45,592 bases of DNA from contig NC_068985.1 in NCBI RefSeq assembly GCF_001194135.2, positions 15,306,626 through 15,352,217 on the forward strand, given 5' to 3'. The notes below the pieces were generated by a model, which made no database searches, had not been told where the DNA came from, and saw nothing but the letters and a program-made list of their open reading frames with translations. Below are positions 24,606 to 36,748 of the stretch, piece by piece (the first letter of the stretch is position 1; each line of letters opens with the position of its first letter). This DNA is from Octopus bimaculoides. Lineage: Eukaryota. The position numbers were made by a program, and so were the translations under genes.

Positions 24606-27449
24606 GTTAAGTTTTGTCCACATAGCTTTAAAACTTTAAATTTTAAAAATTTTTCTACTGTATTATTCTCATTGATAAAGTGTATCATTTTATACTCATA
24701 ATCATCTCAGGTATCCCAGAATTTTTTTCTTCTTTTTTTTTTACCATATACTGGACTAAGTGGCATAAATACATTATCTCTTCAGCAATGTAATGTGATT
24801 GACGTGAATTGCCAAAAACCGGCTTTTGAAAATTGTCCCAGTTTCAGCTCACCGGAAGTTAACCACCTCTTTCTCTCTCCCTCTCTCTATCTAACTATTC
24901 CTGTATATATATATATATATATATATTTAGATAGATATAATATATAGATATAATATATATATATAGATATAANNNNNNNNNNNNNNNNNNNNNNNNNNNN
25001 NNNNNNNNNNNNNNNNNNNNNNNNNNNNNNNNNNNNNNNNNNNNNNNNNNNNNNNNNNNNNNNNNNNNNNNNNNNNNNNNNNNNNNNNNNNNNNNNNNNN
25101 NNNNNNNNNNNNNNNNNNNNNNNNNNNNNNNNNNNNNNNNNNNNNNNNNNNNNNNNNNNNNNNNNNNNNNNNNNNNNNNNNNNNNNNNNNNNNNNNNNNN
25201 NNNNNNNNNNNNNNNNNNNNNNNNNNNNNNNNNNNNNNNNNNNNNNNNNNNNNNNNNNNNNNNNNNNNNNNNNNNNNNNNNNNNNNNNNNNNNNNNNNNN
25301 NNNNNNNNNNNNNNNNNNNNNNNNNNNNNNNNNNNNNNNNNNNNNNNNNNNNNNNNNNNNNNNNNNNNNNNNNNNNNNNNNNNNNNNNNNNNNNNNNNNN
25401 NNNNNNNNNNNNNNNNNNNNNNNNNNNNNNNNNNNNNNNNNNNNNNNNNNNNNNNNNNNNNNNNNNNNNNNNNNNNNNNNNNNNNNNNNNNNNNNNNNNN
25501 NNNNNNNNNNNNNNNNNNAATTTCATTAAAGCAGGTATGTGACGTGGGAAAATATTGGGATTTTAACAACAATATCGAAACAATAGTTTCTACATTTTAA
25601 CCAAATGAACATAGAAAGTGCACTTTACATACCTGCTTTAATGAAATTTCCACACTTTAAAATTGGGGTGGGGGTTAAAATTTTGAATCTTTTTTTCTTT
25701 TTTTTTTTTGCATATCCCTAATCTCCGACGTGTATAACCTAGGAATATGCGTGCGCGTGTGTGTATACATATGTAAAATATCAACCAGGAGAATTGAGTG
25801 AGCTATTAGTTTTATTACGTGTGTGTGTGTACCTGAGGCTAACGGCTTGTTCTCCAGTATTGATTTTTTACATTAGCAGGAAGCTACCAATCTCTCTATG
25901 AGAGTTATATTTGTCGATTAAATCATCTTCAATATATTCTAACGACTGACTTCAGAACCGATCGAAAGCTATGTCGGTCCCGCGGGATTTGAATGTTGGG
26001 TGACAACTTTTTGTTACTGCGTGGCATTTGTTCCCCCGTAGTATTAACTCTTCAAAGGTCAAGTTGGCAAACGGTAGGGCTCTGGTCCAAATAACTTGCG
26101 ATAGCTGACTTAAATAAACAGTTTTCTATGTGGTCGCTAGACTTGCTAGAAATGGTAGCCAAACCACATTAAAATTACATTCCACTTTCTTGAAAGAAAA
26201 ACTGAAGGGTACATAAAATAGTAAAGTATTAGATACATTATGTCCGAAAATAATATGAGATGGTCGTTGCTGGAACGCGGTTGATCATTGATCGATTTGA
26301 TCAGAGTAGATTGACTTGGGCTTAAACAACTGCTGAGCCATGTTATTCTTGATTGAACAGAACTAATGATCAAACGCATTCCAGTCATGACTAACCCGTC
26401 TTCTTTACGGGTATCTGGGACTACGCTATGCAATGTGCTCCTTTCGCTTCAAGGACAGCAGAGATTGGATTTGGTGAATATTTAGCTGGCGTTTCCATTA
26501 GGCTGAACAATTACATGGAGACTCCACTCAACTCTGCACATGTGTGTGTGTGTGTGTGTGTAGCATTTATTTCAGATTCGTCCCCATGGACATCATCATC
26601 ATCATCAACATCAATGACCATATGTCTTTTCTGTAGCCAGTCCTCACCTGTCTCCAAGTGAGGTAATATTTCCTATTGCTGGGCTTGTTTTACTATATAA
26701 CAGTGGTTCCAAAAGTGGGCAGTATTGTCCCCCTGGGGGAGGGGGTGGAAAGTTCTAAGAAAAGTGGGGCGATAATGGGGTAGCGATTCATGTAATAACG
26801 GGGGTGGATTATTTATTAACGTTGATGTATATGTAATAATTCACACACATAAATTAATGAGTGAGAGTTAATCGTTAATACTCTGTATGATAAAGAGCCC
26901 AGAAAATATGTTGTAAAAGGCATTACTTGACATTCTTTCAATTCTTTTGGAGGGGTTTTTCTCAGCCATGTTTTAACCAAGGACCCCGTTGATACCTATT
27001 GAATGAACTGGACCCTCAGAGCCAAATGATGCTTAGAAATCCTATTATATCTTTATTATCAAATATTATTAGGGATTGTATAAAAAAATTGGTTGGAATG
27101 TTTTATGTATTGTAGAAGTGATGCCAGTTTATTGGAAATAAATTTTAGCAATGAAATCTTAATTAGACTCTCAAGGGTCATATCTGATTGAGAATCACTG
27201 TTTTAAAGAAATTTTTGTAGAATTATCCAGATAAATACTTTCCACATTGGCACCACAATAAATGTCAACTATCCTAAAATATGTTGAAGAATTATTAATT
27301 TGACTACATCAGACAGGACTAACCTTTTCTCAGGAAGTGGGTCACACGAGGCACATGGCTCATTATCAAACAGGTCACACTACTGAAAAAAAGGTTCAAG
27401 GTAATTTTTTTTTGTTGGGGATGTCCTTCAGAAAGTCCTACTGGTTGCC

Positions 27450-28232
27450 AATAACTGCACTCTAACTGTGAAGGGAACCTGTGGTAGAGGTAGACCCGGG
27501 AAGACATGGGACAAGGTGGTGAAGCATGATCTTTGAACTTTGGGCCTCACAGAGGCAATGACTAGTGACCGAGACCTTTGGCGATATGCTGTGCTTGAGA
27601 AAACCTGTCAAGTCAAGTGAAATCATAGTTGTGGTTGAATCTAGTGTCATGTAACTGGCACCCGTTGGCACATAAAAAGCACCTTTTGAGTGTTAGGCGT
27701 CACAGAGGCAAAGTGGCCAATGCTGGTGGCACGTGAAAAGCTCCTTTAGAGTGTTGGGCCTCACGGATGCAATGACAAGTGACCGAGACCTTTGGCATTA
27801 TGTCTTGCTTGAGAAGAAGACCCATTGAGCCATGTAAAATCGCAGTCATGGCAGATACTGGTGGCATGTCTGTCTTTTTGTCTGTCCTTACGTTCTGAGT
27901 TCAAATTCCACCAAGGTCGACTTAGCCTTTCATCCTTTCGTGGTCGATAAATTAAGTACCAGTTATGTACTGGGGTCGATGTAATCGACTTAATCCCTTT
28001 ATTTGTCCCCTCTATGTTTGCCCCTTGTGGGCAATAAAGAAATAAGATACTGGTGGCATGTAAAAGTACCCATTACACTCTCGGAGTGGTTGGCATTAGG
28101 AAGGGCATCCAACCATAGAAACCATGCCAAATCAGACTGGAGTCTGGTGCAGCCTTTCAGCTTGCTAGCCCTGGTCAAAACTGTCCAACCCATGCCAGCA
28201 TGGACAACAGATGTTAAATGATGATGATGATG
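27450..28232 (+). mobile_element. 5'-truncated RTE-clade LINE: ORF C-terminus plus 3' UTR, with a nested SINE
   Basis: 27456-27620 translates CTLTVKGTCGRGRPGKTWDKVVKHDL*TLGLTEAMTSDRDLWRYAVLEKTCQVK*, the RTE-type GRGRPxxTW...DR..WR terminus; followed by the same 3' UTR as the many (GAT)n-tailed copies in the window. Confidence 0.85.
27870..28044 (+). mobile_element. 5'-truncated SINE (family D) inserted in the RTE 3' UTR
   Basis: 17-bp TSD AGATACTGGTGGCATGT at 27853-27869 and 28045-28061; body ...ttctgagttcaaattcc...gcctttcatcctttcg...gataaattaagtaccag...gcaataaagaaata. Confidence 0.85.
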
Positions 28233-28882
28233 AAAAATAGTTCTACTAATACACTAGTATTAGTAGAATTCCTTAATTTATGAGGTCTAAATGTCTCTGC
28301 TTGAATCTTCAAATTAAACTTAATATAGTCAAGAAAACTAAGAAAGCAGAGAGCATTTTGTTAAAGCCTTGGGAATACCGCTTTCAAGTCAGCAGATGTA
28401 AAAAAAAAAAAAATGCAACAAAAGTGTAGGTTATTGTTCTTAAATTCTTCCTTCCACTTGCTCAAGGGGAAAAGCCATCATGTACAGCTGATGTGAAGAA
28501 TTTTTCAGGATTAGCATTTGTAAATTTTTGAAATTCTTTATATTCATTTCAGTTCTTAGACCCATTGCTGAAATACGGGAAAATATTTCTGGTTAACTCT
28601 GCAAAATAATGTCACTCAGTGTTGGCTTTTGAATTACACAAGTGCAATGAGTGCTAATGAGACACCAGACCATCATCATCATCGTCGTCGTTTAACGTCC
28701 GCTTTCCATGCTAGCATGGGTTGGACGATTTGACTGAGGACTGGTGGACCAGGAGGCGACACCAGGCTCCAAACCCTTTCATCACTTTATTTCTGTTGAA
28801 ACTCAGTAATTTTGTTCCTATTAATTTTGAAAATAACAAAGAATTTAATAAAATAACTTTCTCATTATTAAGATGGTGTTTT

Positions 28883-29600
28883 TTAAGGCAGCGAGCTGCC
28901 AGAATTGTTAGCATGCTTGACAAAATGCTTAGCGGTATTTCGCCCATCGCTATGTTCAAATTCTGCCGTGGTTGACTTTGCCTTTCGTCCTTTCAGGGTC
29001 GATAAATTACCAGTACCAGTTGCGTACTGAGATTAATCTAATTGATCTATAGCAGAAAGGATTATTAAAATGGTGTTTGGAACAGAAATTAATCTGAAAT
29101 CTGAAAAGGAAATCTACCTTTCCTTTTAAATTTGCAGCTATGTCCCAACATAAAGCACCCAATACACTCTGTAAAGTGATTAGTGTTAGGAAGGGCATCC
29201 AGCCATAAAAAATATGCCAAAGCAGACAACAGAGCCTGGTGCAGCTTTCCGTTTTGCCCACTCCGATCAAACTGTCCAATCCAATCCAGCGTGTGAAACA
29301 CCGGGGTCGATGTAATCAACTAGTCCTCTCCCCAAAAATTTCAGGCCTTGTGCCTTTAGTAGAAAGGATTATTACCATTATTTTTAAGGCAGTAAGCTGG
29401 CAGAATTGTTAGTGTGCTGGGCAAAATGCTTGGCAGCATTTTGTCTGTTTTTATGTTTTGAGTTCAAATTCCACCAAGGTCAATGTTGCCTTTCATCCCT
29501 TTGAGGTCGATTAAATAAATACCAGTTAAACACTGGGGTTGATGTAATTGACTTATCACCTCCCTGAATTTGCTGGCCTTGTGCCAAAATTTAAAACCAT
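28883..29600 (+). mobile_element. Cluster of SINE D copies with an RTE 3' fragment (~29140-29300)
   Basis: aaggcag(c/t)gagctg..agaattgttag heads at ~28885 and ~29386; tail fragment 29300-29375. Confidence 0.7.
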
Positions 29601-29905
29601 TGTTGTTGTTGTTAGTGTCATTATTTTCTTGCATCAGGATGTACTTCTGAGATTTCCATAATACATCCTGTATATTATAATCTTATCATTTCCTTTAGTT
29701 CTTTATTTTTAAAACTCTTCTTGCTTGTGGTTAACTGACATGAAATACATCAATTTGTTTATCATGCATTTTTGTGTACATTTAATATATTTCTCCCTCA
29801 TTCTTTCTCTCTGTATATAAACATGTTCGCATACATGTGTATATGTCTATTTGGGCAATATATTTATGATTCCTTTGAGCAAATAGGCTACAATGAAACT
29901 GATAG

Positions 29906-30260
29906 TCACCGTACTTGTATACTTCTGGTTGTGAACAAATTTCATCTATCCTCATTACTCTATTGCCAGACTGCTATACAAGACAAGTTGATTTCCGCCA
30001 GACTCCATTTCAATATGGTGTGGAGAGAAAATATTCAAATGACAAAGTATTGGATTACCTACCAAATCACGTGCTCAGATATTCTGCATTTAATAGTTTG
30101 TACTTACCGTTGTTGAGAATAGGTACCACATCTCCTGAGAGTGTTGCTTACAACAGATTGGCATCATATCCATGAGTTTATCATTCTTTTGCTCAACACT
30201 GTAGAATCTGAAGATAAGCCGCCAGTCTGGCACGCTGCTGAAATTTCTAGGAATAAATTA
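29906..30260 (+). mobile_element. Possible ancient CR1/L2/Jockey-like reverse-transcriptase remnant
   Basis: Open frame 29906-30175 SPYLYTSGCEQISSIL...TPFQYGVERKYSNDKVLDYLPNHV...ESVAYNRLAS resembles RT blocks RPISLTS.CK, P.QFGFR..RST.DAL.YL.NHI and FD.V.H.RL; weak, by-eye alignment only. Confidence 0.35.
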
Positions 30261-30981
30261 ACCACTGTTGGGTTGTGGAATTATCTAAATCTGTAGACTC
30301 TTCATTCATTTAAAGTATGAGAAGACAAGTTGAAAGTTAAATAAACAAACAAATAAGAGATTCAGCAGATGATTCTAACAAAATATTTTGTCGTATTTTG
30401 TTTCAGTATCAATTTCAGTTTTGAATTCAAATTAACTTTGCCTTTCACACTTCTAAAGTTGATAAAATATGTATCAGAATAAATGATATATGTAATGCTG
30501 GTGGTATCCCAGCATGGCCACAGTCCAGTGAGCTGGAACTAGTAAAAGAATGAACAGAACAAATGCAAGGATGAGGTGCTTGATTTAAACCGTTAGCATT
30601 TAATTCTTTGACTGCATAATTACATTTCATGGTCATTCCTGTAATAATATTAATTATCTACCCCAAAAATATGGAATTGATATTTTCTGCTTCTGCAGTA
30701 CTTTTTCAGCATCCACCATGGAAAGTATTTAAGTCTTGCTCTATGAAGAGATATCTGATGAAACGTATAAAAACATTTACAAAATCTGAAAGATTGTCTT
30801 TTATAAAAACTGTATCTAGAAATATTTTCACTTTTTACAGCATAAGGAAGGTGTCTTTTTGGGTTGTTTTTTGTTTTTTTTTTTCCAAAGCCATGGAGTA
30901 TAGCCACTTTCCACAGTTAATGGTTATGAAATTTTGAATGGACATTTCCACTTTCAGCATTCAAAGATTTAAACCAGCTAT

Positions 30982-31355
30982 TGTTGTTGTTGGCACTCCG
31001 TCGCTTACGACGTCGAGGGTTCCAGTTGATTCGATCAACGGAACAGCCTGCTCGTGAAATTAACGTGCAAGTGGCTGAGCACTCCACAGACACGTGTACA
31101 CTTAACGTAGTTCTTGGGGATATTCAATGTGACACAGTGTAACAAGGCTGACCCTTTGAATTACAGGCACAACAGAAACAGGAAGCAAGAGTGAGAGAAA
31201 GTTGTGGTGAAAGAATACAGAAGGGTTCGCCACCATCCCCTGCCAGAGCCTCGTGGAGTTTTAGGTGTTTTTGCTCAATAAACACTCACAACGCCCAGTC
31301 TGGGAGTCGAAACTGCGAGTCTACTGCCCTAACCACTGGGCCATTGCACCTCCAC
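30982..31355 (-). mobile_element. Full-length SINE family B inserted in a piggyBac-like MITE
   Basis: 11-bp TSD AAACCAGCTAT (30971-30981, 31356-31366); (CAA)n tail; tRNA-like head. Confidence 0.85.
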
Positions 31356-31779
31356 AAACCAGCTATATCCAGCCCAAATATCCTCCTATTTCATGTTAAA
31401 ACAGCCAACTCTGGCCTTTCATTACCAACTCTACAATGTCATTCTAAAAATAAGGAACTGCATTATCAACATCTCAGAACTATAGGATAATGCATGAATA
31501 ATTCAAAACCTTGTGGATAAATAAGCAGAACATTTGACAGATTAATCTGAATGCTGGAGGATTAAACTTCATTCCTCTCTCCTGATCATGAAGTTTCTCT
31601 TGACACTTGTGCAAAATACAGCTCAACAGCTTGAAGAGAAGGGACTGTATAGTTTGAAGGTGTGTAACATCTTCATCTATGTTGGAATTCCAACAGTTTT
31701 AGAATTGGACGTGGCTCTGCTTAACCCAAGTTTTTATAAGAAAAAAAAAAGTAAATCAAACACAAGTTATAAGTGCAAG

Positions 31780-32165
31780 CATGGCTGTCTGGTTAAGAAG
31801 TTTGCTTCCCAACTACATGGCTTCAGGTTCAGTTTCAGTGCACAGCACCTTTGACAAATATCTTCTATATAGCCCAGGGCTGACCGAATCCTTGGGAGTG
31901 GATTTGTGCGATGGAAAATGAAAGAAGCTTGTCGTATAATATGTGTGCTTGTGTCTCTTTGTCTTGTTACCGCGTGATTGTTGTAAAAGGATGATTGATA
32001 TTCATTTCCAATATTCTGTGAAAGCATTTCTGGCCACGAGGAAGTATGGACCTTGCCTGGAAATAGGTGAGGGTTGACAAGAGATCCAGTCATAGAAATC
32101 TGCCTCCATAAACTCTGTCTGACCCATGGGAACATGGAAAAGTGGACATTAAAATGATGATGATG
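31780..32165 (+). mobile_element. SINE family F: C-type head with a different body and an RTE-like (GAT)n tail
   Basis: Head as in SINE C to gaaagaagcttgtcgta; then a distinct body ending catggaaaagtggacattaaaatgatgatg; related copies at ~40690-41045 (+), ~21240-21410 (-), ~37800-37915 (-). Confidence 0.7.
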
Positions 32166-32195
32166 ATTGGTGGTGGTGGTAGTGGTTCTTTTTCT

Positions 32196-32209
32196 TCTTC
32201 TTACTACTG

Positions 32210-32246
<37 letters not shown>
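32196..32246 (+). repeat. (ACT)n microsatellite; representative of many simple repeats ((GT)n 4651-4745, 6933-6988; (TA)n 10990-11035, 14435-14465, 45259-45395; (ATT)n ~13990-14035)
   Basis: Direct inspection. Confidence 0.95.
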
Positions 32247-32504
32247 AAAGAATGCCTGCTATGATCAATCTGAGCAACACTTTGAAAAGTTTTTGTTATT
32301 GTCAACATTAACCATGTTTGTTTAGTTGCTGAAGTGACAGAAATGAACTGTCTGTGTAATTTAACAGCAAGATTTTCTCTTAATAGTAAATTAAATTTCA
32401 TTTACAATACAAACATTACCAATACTACATACTTAACGAATGTGTTGTTTGAATGCCATGTGCTGCAATATATTGTCTGGGGAAAAAACCCTTTAAAGAT
32501 GTGT

Positions 32505-33171
32505 AGGTGCAGGAGTGGCTGTGTGGTAATTAGCTTGCTTACNNNNNNNNNNNNNNNNNNNNNNNNNNNNNNNNNNNNNNNNNNNNNNNNNNNNNNNNNN
32601 NNNNNNNNNNNNNNNNNNNNNNNNNNNNNNNNNNNNNNNNNNNNNNNNNNNNNNNNNNNNNNNNNNNNNNNNNNNNNNNNNNNNNNNNNNNNNNNNNNNN
32701 NNNNNNNNNNNNNNNNNNNNNNNNNNNNNNNNNNNNNNNNNNNNNNNNNNNNNNNNNNNNNNNNNNNNNNNNNNNNNNNNNNNNNNNNNNNNNNNNNNNN
32801 NNNNNNNNNNNNNNNNNNNNNNNNNNNNNNNNNNNNNNNNNNNNNNNNNNNNNNNNNNNNNNNNNNNNNNNNNNNNNNNNNNNNNNNNNNNNNNNNNNNN
32901 TATATATATATATGTGTGTGTGTGTGTGTATGTGTTATATATATGTGTGTGTGTGTGTATATGTTTGTGTGTCTGTGCTTGTCCCCTGACATTGCTTGAC
33001 AACTGATGCTGGTGTGTTTACGTTTCCATAACTTAGCGGTTCGGCAAAAGAGACCGATAGAATAAGTACTAGGCTTACAAAGAATAAGTCCTGGGGTTGA
33101 TTTGCTCGACTAAAGGCAGTGCTCCAGCATGGCCACAGTCAAATGACTGAAACCAGTAAAAGAGTAAAAGA
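32505..33171 (+). mobile_element. SINE C spanning an assembly gap
   Basis: Head at 32505-32542, 3' half at 32901-33171. Confidence 0.8.
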
Positions 33172-34014
33172 CAGGATGATCATGTCTGGAACATCTTTGG
33201 TCATAGATCTGCTTGATCAGGGCTAAGCCCATGTTAACAACACCTGTATTCCAAAACACTTTCCACATCATAAGTAGTCTACAGACAGAACGCTTCATTG
33301 GTTGCATGCATGATTACACCAACTGCAACAGTTGCAAAAATCTGCAATTCCTGCTTGCAACCTGTTCTAACTTGTTGTTCATTGCAACATCCTAGAATTT
33401 GTCATCACTTTCAAGCACCTTGATCCAGACTAACACAGATTCTCCACTGATCCAGACTAACACAGATTGTGGGTGCATGCACATATACACTGAGTTTAGA
33501 TCCTGGTGAGACTAAAGAATGATCTATAGGTGTTTAGGATCTATGGAGGGAGCTTAAAAGTTCAGCTAACATCCTTCGTTGCTAAAGACATGTTTGAACG
33601 TGACTGAGTAGAGTGAAGTTATTGTACTCTAATACAATATCTGATTGGAAAGTGTGTTTGTGTATTAGAGAGACAGATAAAGAAATAATCTGCTAAATAG
33701 TATTAGTATTCTGACTGTACTTTAGCATTTGTCATAATAGCAGCTGGTGTGCAAAGTTCCTCTCTTGTTAGGCTGCCATTCGTTTTTTTTTGTTTTTTTT
33801 TTTCTGATGTAAACAGATCCAGTGTCAGCATTGTAAACCACTAAATTACAGGAGCCGATGAAGAAGCCTCTATATGCTTAGCTGATGTGTGACGAATCCC
33901 TGCAAAATCTCCTTCAAATCGTATTTTGCTGACATTACAAAGCATGGGGAACATTAGATAATGTAGTACAACATTATCTGAGGTTTTTTTGGGGGTTTTT
34001 TGCATTGTAAGATC

Positions 34015-34426
34015 TTTTATCTTTTACTTGTTTCAGTCATTTGACTTCGGCCATGCTGGAGCACCGCCTTTAGTCGAGCAAATCGACCCCAGGACTTATT
34101 CTTTGTAAGTCTAGTACTTATTCTGTTGGTCTCTTTTGCTGAACCGCTAAGTTACGGGGACGTAAACACACCAGCATCGGTTGTCAAGCGATGTTGGGGA
34201 AACAAACACAGACACACAAACATATACACACACATACATATACACACATATATATATATACATACGACGGGCTTCTTTCAGTTTCCATCTACCAAATCCA
34301 CTCACAAGGCTTTGGTCGGCTCGAGGCTTTAGTAGAAGATACTTGCCCAAGGTGCCATGCAGTGGGAATGAACCCGGAACCATATGGTTGGTGAGCAAGC
34401 TATTTACCACACAGCCACTCCTGCAC
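34015..34426 (-). mobile_element. Full-length SINE C
   Basis: Reverse complement of the consensus seen at 12052-12429. Confidence 0.9.
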
Positions 34427-34773
34427 ATTTAAATTTTTTTTTTTTAGAGGTATGTAAGACTACAAGTTTGCCATAGTCAGTCCCAAGTCTGGTTGAGAAA
34501 GGAAGAGAGTGGTAGGTGGTATAGGGTTAGCATCAATGCCATTATCAATTTTCTACTCTGCTAATCTGTCAGTCCATCATTTTTGTGCTAGAGAACAAGC
34601 AAGAATATTTCTTGTTCTTTATTTTGAATTCATTGGAACTAATACATGACACTAACAAGCAGCAAAGACTGCAAAATATTGCTATCTGTTATACTCATTC
34701 ACTTCCAGGGCAATTTTGTTTCACCTGTCATTGAAGTATACTATGCTTTATTTTTAATGCTATACATCTTTAA

Positions 34774-34993
34774 CCCTTTAGTGTTTAGATTACTCTGTTA
34801 AATGTAATAAATTTTCACTCAAATTGTTTTGAATGAATCATGCATTATCTTATAGCTTTGAGGTTTCAATGATGTGATTGTTAATTTTTAGAATGTCAAT
34901 GTAGGTTAGGTGTGAGAGGCTGGATCTGGCCAGTTTCAATATAAAATATGTAGAATATTTGGGCTGGATATGGCCGGTTTAAACACTAAAGGG
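34774..34993 (+). mobile_element. piggyBac-like MITE (220 bp)
   Basis: TTAA TSD (34770-34773, 34994-34997), 14-bp TIR CCCTTTAGTGTTTA/TAAACACTAAAGGG; related copies at ~31356-31565, ~36750-36932 and ~39573-39772. Confidence 0.85.
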
Positions 34994-35312
34994 TTAAAGG
35001 GACTTTTCTTAGATGAAATACTGCAGCTGCTAGTGTTTAACAATACACATATATTAAGAATATATTAATAACGTCTACATTACTGAGCTGCTTCTAACAC
35101 AAAATTTTAATTTTGTTCAAATACTTTTATTTTTAACAACCTTATCGATTTAATATCACATAAAAGTAGTTCCATCTCCTAGGAAGCCTGTAGAAAAAGC
35201 ATCAACAGGCTTTATCTTCAATCTGTTAAAAGCAATATCTATTGTATGGTCATTAGTCCAGTACCTTGGACTAAATGACCATTACAGTCTTGTGCATCAC
35301 TACAGATCACAT

Positions 35313-35715
35313 ATCATCATCATCATCATCATCATTTAACGTCCGCTTTCCATGCCAGCATGGGTTGGATGATTTGACTGAGGACTGGTGAACCAGATGG
35401 CTGCACCAGGCTCCAATCTGATTTGGCAGAGTTTCTACAGCTGGATGCCCTTCCTAATGCCAACCACTCCGAGAGTGTAGTGGGTACTTTTATGTGCCAC
35501 CGGCACGAGGGCCAGTCACACGGCACTGGCAACGACCTCGCTCCAATGATTTTCTAACGTGCCACCAGCACAAGTGCTAGAAGGCTACGCTGGTAATGAT
35601 TACACTCAAATGGTGCTATTTACGGGCCACTAGCACGGAAGCCAGACAGCTGCTCTGGCAATGTACATGCTTGGACAGTGCTGTTAGTGCTCCACTGGCG
35701 CAGGTGCCAGTCATT
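35313..35715 (-). mobile_element. RTE LINE 3' UTR with 3-4 tandem units
   Basis: (CAT)n tail; unit markers at 35527, 35591, 35656. Confidence 0.85.
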
Positions 35716-36177
35716 GTTCACATTTTTTGTTTAAAGTACCAAATTTCTTAATACATAAAAAATTATCTTTTTTGATTCTTGCCTGTAAGGACAAATCATA
35801 GCAGAACATTGTTATTGCTTATAAATGCTACTTGAAAAGATATGCAATAAATATTATGTGTCACTGCCTTGTTTATATAAAGGTTGACAAGATACATTTG
35901 CAAAGTGTTACTTGCTCTTTTAACTAACTGTAACCATTACCACTCCTTACTCTTTCCATGTGTCTCTTTGACATTTCATGATAAATTCCATATTGGATGA
36001 TTAATATCAATTCATCTTTCATTCTCTGTCATCTCTCCAAAGAGTGCAAGTCTCCAGATGTTTACAGTAACAAAGAGGGATTGGATCTGTTACCCTTCTG
36101 CTCATTATCAAATACATTATCATTGATTGACTTCAAATATAATGAGCAAAACTAAGAAGGCTGTTTGTTATGTATAC

Positions 36178-36748
36178 TCTTTTACTCTTTTACTTGTTTC
36201 AGTCATTTGACTGTGGCCATGCTGGAGCACCGCCTTTAGTCAAGCAAATCGACCCCAGGACTTATTCTTTGTAAGCCTAGTACTTATTCTATCGACCACT
36301 TTTTGCCGAACCACTAAGTTACGGGGGACGTAAACACACCAGCATCGGTTGCCAAGCGATGTTGTGGGGACAAACACAGGCACACAAACATAGCGTGGCC
36401 GTTGCCAGTACCGCTTGACTGGCCTTCGTGCGGGTGACATGTAAAAGCACCCACTACACTCTCTGAGTGGTTGGCGTTAGGAAGGGCATCCAACCCATGC
36501 TAGCATGGAAAGCGGACGTTAAACGATGATGATGATGATGATGATGATGATACATACATATATATATATATATATACATATATACGACAGGCTTCTTTCA
36601 GTTTCCATCTACCATATCCACTCACAAGGCTTTGGTCAGCCCGAGGCTATAGTAGAAAACATTTGCCCAAGGTGCCACGCAGTGGGACTGAACCCGAAAC
36701 CATGTGGTTGGTAAGCAAGCTACTTACTACATGGCCACTCCTGCGCCT
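36178..36748 (-). mobile_element. SINE C with an opposite-strand RTE 3' end (36391-36550) inserted in its microsatellite
   Basis: cacaaacata|gcgtggcc...aaacg(atg)n|tacatacatatatat. Confidence 0.9.

Noticed and set aside
1378-33002. Long ORFs made of X residues (1378-1869, 7935-8506, 18298-18828, 24895-25572, 32334-33002)
   Set aside because: They only read through assembly gaps.
33421-33468. 21-bp direct repeat tgatccagactaacacagatt
   Set aside because: Ordinary small tandem duplication with no further structure.
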